Shown piece by piece: positions 21,937 to 32,491 of a stretch of DNA of 64,000 bases. Within the stretch, counting starts at the first letter, position 1. Each line of letters opens with the position of its first letter. The notes below the pieces were generated by a model that was given only the letters and a program-made list of their open reading frames with translations, ran no database searches and was not told where the DNA came from. Origin of the DNA: Savitreella phatthalungensis (Eukaryota); assembly GCA_051599415.1 (NCBI GenBank), contig AP039695.1:558001-622000 (forward strand). The letters run 5' to 3'. The translations under genes were made by a program, and so were the position numbers.

Positions 21937-22158
21937 TTCACTTCCGGATCAATTCAGGCGCGACCAGATAGAGCAGCTCTAATCCAGTCCATGTAGGTCC
22001 TCCGTGTGGTTGGTCGTCTGTTGGTGTGCATAGACGTCCTTCCGCTGTGTGCGGAGGGGCGATTTGTGCAAGGGCTGTATATCTCTGCTCATCTCCTGAC
22101 CGTAGGCAAAGACGATATAGCAGGTCTTCACAGCCTCCACGCCGACGCCGGAAGTGGA
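21937..22158 (+). ncRNA. candidate structured RNA (unidentified family, or a structured 5' UTR)
   Basis: Hand-derived nested helices, several containing G-U pairs that work only on the + strand (see findings). No known family motif recognised. Confidence 0.35.
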
Positions 22159-22333
22159 TCTTAGTCTTCCCATCTTCCAACTTTGGACTTTCCTGACCAC
22201 GGGTCTCTGTTGCTTTGGCTAAATAAAGTGTGGGGGCCTGGGCCATTCCACGCGTCCTCTGTGGCCCAAGTCTCTGTAAAGGCTAGGCGGATCGATCCCT
22301 CAATTGCAAAGTCATATCTTGCGCACAGACACG

Positions 22334-23266
22334 ATGCTCTCCTCCATCGACCTTGTGCCCACAACCGCTGCAGTCACCTCACGTCTTGTGAGTTCCCTGG
22401 TGATTACAGGTGTACTGGACTCTTTCATCGGTAGCCTCCTCGCCGTCTTTGCGTTTTTACTCTCGACACTGGTCATTTCTGCAAGTCAGAAGCCTGCGAA
22501 GCGGCCGCCCTCGATAGCCGCTTCTGCCACTACTAACACACGGCGTGGTCGCAGCGGCTACGACAATCTCGATGGGATTAAAGCAGGGCTTCAGGCTGAG
22601 GCCGAGGAAGCCCGAAAGGCCGTCACAGCTCGAACGAGCAAAGCTGTTCGCTCTTTGCAAGCTCTCCTCGGCGGGCCAGGCTCGAGGCGTTCCGACAAGC
22701 TGAACAATCTCATCAACCTCGTTCTCCTTGCCTTGGTGGCCAGGCAAGCGATCAATACCGCCATCGCCGCTCGCAGCGCGCGCGACGTTGGCTTCGAAAT
22801 CCAGGCAACTGGGCTCACGACTCAATCCGCCACGATAAAGCTGTCCAGCGACACCTATACCCAGCTCCGTCTGAAGATCCCAAAAGCTCACTTCGACAGA
22901 TGTATTGACCTTCCAAGATCGCGCTTGCCGGTTTCCATCGCACTTGGCGATCTTCGGCACGGGACTGCATACGAGTGGCAGATTGCTCCTTGTGACGTTT
23001 CCACGGAGCCGCCGCACATCGGAGAGTTCCGCACGCAGCTTCTCAACATGTACGATACCGAGGGACGGTGCACGACAGGTCTCGCCCCCAACGGTGGCCG
23101 CACGACGCGCGAAGTCCTACATAATACATTCCTCAATTCCCTATGTGGTCCCCCTGGCGGGAGATCATTACTGCTCGTCGCTGACGATGCGAAAAAAGCC
23201 ATCATCAGGCACTGGATCAGCTCGCAGGAGCGCTATTCTTTGCTTCGGAACAAGCTGAGGCTATGA
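22334..23266 (+). CDS. hypothetical membrane protein with an FN3-like C-terminal half
   Basis: 310 aa ORF with hydrophobic segments (SLLAVFAFLLSTLVI; LINLVLLALVA) followed by a beta-rich region ending LRHGTAYEWQI...GEFRT. Confidence 0.6.
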   Translation: MLSSIDLVPTTAAVTSRLVSSLVITGVLDSFIGSLLAVFAFLLSTLVISASQKPAKRPPSIAASATTNTRRGRSGYDNLDGIKAGLQAEAEEARKAVTARTSKAVRSLQALLGGPGSRRSDKLNNLINLVLLALVARQAINTAIAARSARDVGFEIQATGLTTQSATIKLSSDTYTQLRLKIPKAHFDRCIDLPRSRLPVSIALGDLRHGTAYEWQIAPCDVSTEPPHIGEFRTQLLNMYDTEGRCTTGLAPNGGRTTREVLHNTFLNSLCGPPGGRSLLLVADDAKKAIIRHWISSQERYSLLRNKLRL

Positions 23267-23418
23267 GAAACTTTGTGCTCGGCGACAGTAACCACTCCGC
23301 TGTTCTCCACATTTCGTTCGAGCGTTGGCGCTGCATTTGCCTACTACATAGTTGTACAGACGTCTTTACTATCCTTGTGCACTATCTATTAATACAATCA
23401 TTTGTGAGGGACGAAGAG

Positions 23419-24558
23419 ATGCCGAGCTTGCTTGACAGTGATATCGGCTCTGCTCGCCCAGCAGCTCGGGATAGCGCTTCTTCCAAGCCTTTGGAATCAC
23501 GCTTCAAGATCCTCAGCCTCGATGAGACGCTGTCAGATATCCAGGCGGGACAGGCACCGCCGGCGTTGGCCAAGGTTGTTGGACTGAACGAGCCACTAAA
23601 TGCGTCAAGTGGTGTGCATCAGACTGCATCAACATCTGCTTCTGCTGCTGCTGCTGCTACCACTACTGCTACTACTACTTCTGACGGCACAGGAACGAGG
23701 GATGAGCCCGTGACGCCGAAGCGCATTGTGCCGACTGCGTGGCTCAGACCGAGATTTGTCGTGAAGACTTTCGCGCGTGCAGACAGCGGCTTACGCGTCA
23801 AGATCTTCTGCAATGTCTGTATGCTGGCTGCCAGCGTCCCTCTGCGTATGTTCGAGACCGCACAAGATCTTGAGCGAGGTCTGGAGCCAAAAGTGATGCC
23901 GGGCGGGAGCGCTCCAATGCGAGCTACAGACCGAGCCGGCGGTGAGGCTTTCGTGTTCACTCTGCTGCTACCCGACGGGGCGGCCAGAAGCCGCGAGACA
24001 GCAGACGAGGAACTCATCAGGACAGTGCTCAGGCATTTGTTGCGACAGGAAGAAGTACTACAAGGGCTAGGTCTAGCGGCAGCCCAGCTGGCTGATGAGG
24101 AGTTCGCTTATCCAGTCATCAAGGGACTAATCAAAGGTGTTCTCGCTGAAATCATTCACTGGCCCGCCATGGATCAGAGAAATGAGTCTTCGCTGGTAGA
24201 AGCTCGACCCGATAGATCGACAACTCTCGATGATACCGCCGGAATGTCGACCTGGAAGCAGGCGGCCAATGGCCCACGTTACATCACCCGACTGCTTGCA
24301 CATCCCATCGCAGCGCATCCGCTGCCCACCCCTTATACGCACGAAGTTGTTCTCGACTTGCCGCGTGGAGCAACGGCGCAGAGCTGGTCCGTATTCTACG
24401 ATCCGGCCGATAACACACTTAAGGTGCTCGTTCCACCGATGGAAGAGTTCTGCGAAGTTCCTGTAGCCGCCAAAGAGCAGCATGGACGGAATTCCGCAGA
24501 CTTCCGCACCTTCGCTCGAGACAAAACCCTTCACATTCTTTACAGAGGCGCATCATGA
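23419..24558 (+). CDS. PIH1/Nop17-family protein (R2TP co-chaperone subunit), divergent
   Basis: PRFVVKT...KIFCNVC matches the PIH1-N signature P.FVIKT...KVFINVC; CS-like C-terminus (VVLDLP...FARDKTLHI). ATG 23419 preferred over 23263. Confidence 0.6.
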   Translation: MPSLLDSDIGSARPAARDSASSKPLESRFKILSLDETLSDIQAGQAPPALAKVVGLNEPLNASSGVHQTASTSASAAAAATTTATTTSDGTGTRDEPVTPKRIVPTAWLRPRFVVKTFARADSGLRVKIFCNVCMLAASVPLRMFETAQDLERGLEPKVMPGGSAPMRATDRAGGEAFVFTLLLPDGAARSRETADEELIRTVLRHLLRQEEVLQGLGLAAAQLADEEFAYPVIKGLIKGVLAEIIHWPAMDQRNESSLVEARPDRSTTLDDTAGMSTWKQAANGPRYITRLLAHPIAAHPLPTPYTHEVVLDLPRGATAQSWSVFYDPADNTLKVLVPPMEEFCEVPVAAKEQHGRNSADFRTFARDKTLHILYRGAS

Positions 24559-24573
24559 GGAGTCGGAGCATTC

Positions 24574-25356
24574 TCAACTAGGTAAATGCGTGACATCTTC
24601 GCGCGCTGTATCCTCCATGGCTATCGCAAAGCGTAGCCAGCCATCTGCATAAGCGCCAATCGCCAGGAACTCAGCCAGCGGCAGTTCCGGAGAAATACTT
24701 ACGCCGTGCGAGAAAACCCGCGTAGGATGCCCGATCGTCTCCGGCACAAGCGACATCAAGGCCTGTGATACTGTCGTTTGCATCCCAGTCATCCTCGTGC
24801 TGACCTGTCCTTGCACAACGGCTGCGCAATCTTGACTGACAAGATGAAAGCGCAGCGGTATGGAACGTAAGTTGTGGACATCGAACAGCAATTTGCCCGC
24901 GGAGTAGCATGTCGCAAAATCTACGTCGAGTATAGCAGTCTTAAGGTCAGTGGACTGTTTCGGCGTCAAGTTTTGCACACGGCGGATGTTGCGTCGTCGT
25001 AGATGCTCATTCTGCTTAAAGACGTTCCAGCAAGTGTCAGCCAGATGGTGATAAAGCACATCCGAAGATCTTGGCGACGTCACAGGTGTGCAGACGAGCT
25101 GGGGCGTCGTGTATCTCGCTTGCGCGATATCGGCAATCAGCCCGACTGGATCATGGATTGCAACGACTCCGCCTCGTGGCCATGAGAATCGAAGTTCAGT
25201 CACACCTTTGAATTTGAGAGCGCTGCAAATGACGCGCGTACACAGCCCAAGCAAGGCTAGACGCGGAAGAACCAATTCGATCTGATCTGGTGCATCTGTT
25301 CTAGTGAAGACGATAGAGCATGTACTGTTCCAAACAGCAAGTCTAGCACCGTCCAT
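24574..25356 (-). CDS. ATG5: autophagy protein Atg5 (divergent)
   Basis: Motifs in Atg5 order: VWNS, LPRL, PVGLIAD, FKQNEHLR (Atg12-conjugation Lys position), IPLRFHL, HGVSI, YADGWL. Confidence 0.8.
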   Translation of the reverse strand: MDGARLAVWNSTCSIVFTRTDAPDQIELVLPRLALLGLCTRVICSALKFKGVTELRFSWPRGGVVAIHDPVGLIADIAQARYTTPQLVCTPVTSPRSSDVLYHHLADTCWNVFKQNEHLRRRNIRRVQNLTPKQSTDLKTAILDVDFATCYSAGKLLFDVHNLRSIPLRFHLVSQDCAAVVQGQVSTRMTGMQTTVSQALMSLVPETIGHPTRVFSHGVSISPELPLAEFLAIGAYADGWLRFAIAMEDTAREDVTHLPS

Positions 25357-25985
25357 ACATGACAGCGTACGGGAAACAGCTTCTCAGCTTGGAAGATATA
25401 GCGTTCCTGCTACTACTTCCTGACCAGCGCTGTCCCGGTCGTGTAGTTAAGATGAACCGATCACCCGACTGCGCAAGGAACCGCCTGGACTTTGATTCAG
25501 GAGCTATAGAATTCTGATTGAGAAACTCGACATGCAATATATGGCTTTGACAATGATGGATGATGACACCTCGCTCGCTTGGCGTACGCCTGGACAGATA
25601 ATCGATTGATCAAAATGAGTGTCGATGTTCCAAAAATAGCAACAACTAACCCCGCCCATACTTACTCGTGCATACCATTTTCGACGACCTTACGCCCGAT
25701 GGAATACAATTTAAAAGCTAGCCGTTTAACTTGACTACAAATCATTTCGAAACTCTGACTTGGATCATTAAAGAAATCAATCGCAAAATCCTCTTTTAAA
25801 ATTGTGTTGATTTATAGCTCGATCCATGCATGGTATTTATCCGCCGAAAAGGAAGCTAGGCCCAATCGAGTTCAAAATGCCATTATTATAACTTTAAACT
25901 TTTAGCACGAAGCCAAGCAAGGACGACATCCTCCTTGGCCAGATTCAGATTACTATGCGCAAGCACTCGAAGGGTTGGCATGCAT

Positions 25986-26041
25986 GCAGGCAGGCAGGCA
26001 GGCAGGCAGGGAGGCAGGGAGTCAGGCAGGCAGGCAGGCAG
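25986..26041. repeat. imperfect (CAGG)n tetranucleotide microsatellite
   Basis: GCAGGCAGGCAGG... with two interruptions, ~210 nt upstream of GFA1. Confidence 0.9.
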
Positions 26042-26247
26042 CCATCACAGCCTGACTGACAACAACAATAATACACTGTACATGCCAACACGCACATAAC
26101 GTCTACGGGGACGCACACACGGAGCCCAAGCACTCACAAATTTCAGTAGATTGCAACGAGTCATTTCTCTCGCCATCATTTCACGACGTTGTAAGCATCG
26201 TTAAGGCTGTCTCAAGATCTGTACAGCTACCAGTAAATATCGGTTAG

Positions 26248-28353
<2,106 letters not shown>

Positions 28354-28439
28354 GACCTTACACTACATATTGCACGCTACATATTGTTCGAGAGCCAGCG
28401 GTGGCTTCTCCAAATCGGACTATTTTCTTTTTCCTTCCG

Positions 28440-29597
28440 CTATGACATCGCTTCGAGCTTGGCAACGGCCTGTTTCACGTCCGGTGAAGCATGCTTGAGC
28501 GCGCTGTCCTGCTCATCGTCTTCATCACTGAGCTCGTCCTCCTCAGACGGCTTTCGCGAGAGTTCCTTGAGTGGACATTTGGCAGCATCTGTCAATCCGG
28601 CACGCTTGTGCGCGGAGCAGCGTGCGCAGTTGCGCCCGTGGACGATGAGGAGTGTGTGAAGAGGATACTTGAGATCCGCAGGGATATGTGCATCGAGGTG
28701 CGCATAGCACGCGTCGCGCGAGTTGCACTTAGGAGGCACCCAGCCGAGCGCCTTCGATAGCCTGAACACGTGCGTATCGACGGCGAACGAAGCACGCTTC
28801 ATGCAGAAAAGTAAGACACATGATGCAGTCTTTGGGCCGACTCCTTTATGCGAAACGAGCTCGCGCATGCAGGCGTCATCAGGCATCTCGTGCAGGTAGT
28901 CAAGCGAGAAGCTCTTGTTTGGGTCTTCCGTCTTAACGTCGTCGCCCTCCTCCTTCTTCCTCTGCCGAATTGATTCGAGTATACCTTTGATCGTGCGAGA
29001 CTTGCTCGGTGCTAAACCTGCAACGCGAATTGCGTCCTCGAGCTCCTCCACCGGCGCGGCGTCGATCTTCGCCCATTGCTCTTTGCCACCAAAGTGCGCA
29101 TCCATGTCCCGTTTTGCTTGCATAGAGTTCTTGGATGTTGTGTTCTGCGACAACACCGTCCGCACGAGAGCATCGAGCACAGAAGGCACCTCGCCGCAAG
29201 CAGCTCCTCGTCTCTCTGTTCCATCAGATCGCTCGATCTTGATGTCAACGGGTCGTTCATGCTTTCCGTGTACCTTGGCAAGCAAGTCGTTGACGTGCTT
29301 ACACTCAGCGGGAGTCGGCCGCTTATAATTCGGGTAGGGTGTCTGCGAGTATGATTCGAGCTTAGCAAGCTTTTGAGAAGTCAAGTCTTTCTTTGGCGAC
29401 TTGTTCCTTGGCTGTTTGTTTGTTGGTTGTTTCTCATGGCCATGGATGTCATCGGCGCTCGGCTCCTTTTTGACACGTTTCTTTGGGCTTTCCTCGTCAG
29501 GCTCGCTCTTCACAGCTCTCCTATTCGAATTTGCGGCATGGCTTCGAGGGCTGCGTCGTACGGACATCTTTGTCAACTTTTGTAGACGAAGTAGCAT
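28440..29597 (-). CDS. HhH-GPD superfamily base-excision DNA glycosylase
   Basis: LVRTVLSQNT, HhH motif KGVGPKTASCVLLF, catalytic AVDTHVFR, C-terminal C-x2-C...CPL; basic NLS-like N-terminus. Start is 29597 or 29567. Confidence 0.9.
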   Translation of the reverse strand: MLLRLQKLTKMSVRRSPRSHAANSNRRAVKSEPDEESPKKRVKKEPSADDIHGHEKQPTNKQPRNKSPKKDLTSQKLAKLESYSQTPYPNYKRPTPAECKHVNDLLAKVHGKHERPVDIKIERSDGTERRGAACGEVPSVLDALVRTVLSQNTTSKNSMQAKRDMDAHFGGKEQWAKIDAAPVEELEDAIRVAGLAPSKSRTIKGILESIRQRKKEEGDDVKTEDPNKSFSLDYLHEMPDDACMRELVSHKGVGPKTASCVLLFCMKRASFAVDTHVFRLSKALGWVPPKCNSRDACYAHLDAHIPADLKYPLHTLLIVHGRNCARCSAHKRAGLTDAAKCPLKELSRKPSEEDELSDEDDEQDSALKHASPDVKQAVAKLEAMS

Positions 29598-29981
29598 ACA
29601 CTAGGCAAAAGAGCCTGATAGCATGATCCAGGATGTCTCAACGCCTGTGGGCGCGTCCTCCTCACCTGGGGGGTGGCCCCGCAAATGACATCAGCATGAA
29701 AAGTCGGAATTTCTGCACATGTGCTCAGAGGAGGCGAAAACTTGGTTTGTGATGCAGGCGTCACGTATTTCAAATTGTCATGAATCTCTCCGATGCACCT
29801 GGATTAGCGGCATGCATGTGCTACAATATTTTTGCGAGAAATTCAGGAGCTCGATTGATGTTACGCTAGAGATAGGAGAACTTATGTCAGTATGTCCATT
29901 GATGTGGTCGTCGAAGAGTCATTCATATAGTTTGTCATTTGCCTGTGACCATATGCCACGGGCACGTTGGTGTCAAGACCG

Positions 29982-30599
29982 CTAAGATTGAAGAAAGCTC
30001 GATTCGGTCTGCGTCTGCCAATCGCGGACGCGGCGCCAGCCCATTGCGAGACTGAGCTGGTTGCCAAACTTAAGACCTGTAGAGTACGGCCCCTCTCGCT
30101 GACTGAGAGCCTCCAGAATTGTCTGCATGCCGAGCCTTGATTTCTCAAAGTTGCGTCTGAATGTGCTGATGCCCACACCCTCAATGCGCGAACCGAGAAG
30201 TGAAATTGGTGATATCATCTGTGCGGTCGTTTCAACAATCGTGTCGGTCGGACTGCCTGGGCTTGGGCGAAGGTGCTGAGTCTCGATGACCTGCAAGACC
30301 TTCGTATGATCCAGGTTGCGGGTGCGAGTGATCATTTCTTGCGTGTGAGGATCGACAACGCTCTCTTCGATGATGTACGATTCAGACACATTGAAGAGCC
30401 TCGCGCCCCAGGAAGGCAGTTTGCCGCGCTTTAGCAGCAAACGAGTCGAATGAAGTCTGCCGCGATCATCAACAGTGCGCGAGATGACGTCCGACGCCAG
30501 AACGTGTTTAGCATAAGGGTTTGGATATCGAAGGAAGTAAGCGAGCGTCACTGTTGACCACGGATGCTCGTAGTTGAAGGATGTCTCGTACAGCTTCAT
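29982..30599 (-). CDS. UPS1: PRELI/MSF1 mitochondrial lipid-transfer protein (Ups1-like)
   Basis: HPWSTVTLAYFLRYPNPYAKHVLASDVISR, RLLLKRGKLPSW, TRNLDHTKVL. Confidence 0.92.
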   Translation of the reverse strand: MKLYETSFNYEHPWSTVTLAYFLRYPNPYAKHVLASDVISRTVDDRGRLHSTRLLLKRGKLPSWGARLFNVSESYIIEESVVDPHTQEMITRTRNLDHTKVLQVIETQHLRPSPGSPTDTIVETTAQMISPISLLGSRIEGVGISTFRRNFEKSRLGMQTILEALSQREGPYSTGLKFGNQLSLAMGWRRVRDWQTQTESSFLQS

Positions 30600-32491
30600 G
30601 ACGAGGACACCGAAAAATCGAGTCAACGGCCGATTGGCGAGAAGATGAGGCCGCTGTTGGTGGGCCGAAGATGGACGTTGTCGGCACCTGGCGAAATCAA
30701 TCGCACACCCGCGCGCTTGCCAGGCTGAAGTGAAACGCTATTCAAGGAATATGCGCGAGCGTGCGAGCAATTGGGCAAGTAGTACCTGTTCGTTGTCGTT
30801 CCTCAGTAACGGACTTTGGTGGTGCGAACGGGTTTTCTAGTATGATGTGCTGACCGAGGATTGGGTGCACAGTTTAAAACTCGTGGCTGAAGCTGACAAT
30901 TTGTCATACGTGTGTAGGCACCGCGTGTCCGTCCCTCTCCAAGAGTTTTGGGTTTTGACTGCAGCTACCCAGTCGAAATTCCTGCAATGGAAAGGCTAGG
31001 TGGTGAATTATGCTGATCAAGACAAATTTGTATCGGCTTCTATTGAACTTTGCTCTTCTAATTTATTGAAGCCTGGACACCGAAATTAACGGTCGCTGGA
31101 TTTGATCTTTCGCTCGATACCGTTATCAATCAATATCCGCAGACTTCTGCCGCATCCTAAAGAACATGCATTGTATAGTCTGACGATTGGTCAAAGTGTC
31201 GTTCGAAGCTGCCTTGCACTGTCACTGTATCGTGAGTCCCCACTCGGGCTTCACATCTATCGACTCCCTCGTGTGTATGAGTTCTGGGCTCTTCAAAATC
31301 ATGCACGCCCTCCCTTGCCGCCCCTCATTAACAGACAACACCTCATCAAAAGACAAACTGGGTTAATCGAGAACCTGTATGCAGGTCTACAAAAATTCAC
31401 CAGAAAAGGCAGGCCTTTCCGCAGGCCCTTGAACGATTCTGATCGCAGCGAATCAAAGCATCAAGCCAGCTGGTCCATGATGGCTCTAAATTTGTCTGTG
31501 TTGAGGAGCATCTATGTGCGATCAGACCATCCCGAACTGTGGTTATGAACTCGAGATCTGGTTATCGAACCCTAGTTATTGTCTGATGTCAGAAGGAAAC
31601 TCGTGGCGCTCCGGGGATCAAGACTCTACGATTTTCAATTTTGTGTGCATTTCGTCAGAATTTAAAGTTTCAACAATTCTGAAACTGGAATTCAGATTAT
31701 ATGCCATCATGGCTTACTGACCGCGGTATCTCAGTCGCCTGCCTGAAAAAGAAGCCTCGCTTGTCAGTGCTCGTGAAGTTTAATCGAAGTGAATGAAATC
31801 ATTGGCTGCCAGGCCATGGAATGCCAAGCTTATATTGTATAGACAAAACGGCGCTGAAGAGCGCTGCAGACATTGAAACGAGAAGTGGTCTATCGCCTTC
31901 GCCTCAATATAGTCTACTACGCAGGCTGAGCAACCGCTCAAATATCGTCAACGACCCTTACATCGCCTGCAGCGCAAGGTCTGCTTGCGTCGGAACTGAA
32001 GAACCCGACGGTATCTCTACAACGCACGATACCTCAATCGTTCAATTCTGATATTCTCCAGCATTTTGATTATCAGGCTCATTCGTCACATTCGCCAGCG
32101 TAGCCTCTCTCACTATGCCATTCCATTACAATCATAGGCCTCACAGGTGATCATTCGCGTCTGCAATTGGGAACAGACTCAACTGACGCAGCGTGTAGGT
32201 ACACCCTGATTCCTGGCTGTATCTATGTCACTCGTTTCGGCAAGCGCTTCAGCTTAAGCTTCGGCAAATCAGGAAGGGTAATGTCCTTCATTGTCGCCTG
32301 AAGGCAGAGACTGATCGACAGGTATCCTATTCCAGGTAAATCAATTTGTTGAAGGGCTTGTTGCGTGCTTCGTGCGAGAAACGACTCGCTCGGCGGGCTC
32401 GTCAACGTAAACTGCGTACGTCATTCGTCTTCTCCATGAAATGAATCCGATCACATTGTCGATGTTTGCTTGAGTTTTCTTAGTGTAAATT

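Noticed and set aside
22239..22291. HDV-like ribozyme resemblance (GGGCCAT TCCAC GCG TCCTC TGT GGCCC ... GCTAG GCGGA)
   Set aside because: L3/P3 is too short, the P1.1 GG is missing and P2 has a mismatch. Treated as an ordinary hairpin within the structured region.
21781..22300. SINE/LINE remnant on the - strand (T-tract read as a poly(A) tail), or a MITE with 11-bp inverted ends
   Set aside because: No target-site duplication or second copy in the window; G-U pairing favours a + strand RNA.
23263..23418. ATGA stop/start overlap suggesting translational coupling of 22334..23266 with the next gene
   Set aside because: The 52-codon extension looks like intergenic DNA and the ATG at 23419 is a more plausible start; the overlap is likely fortuitous.
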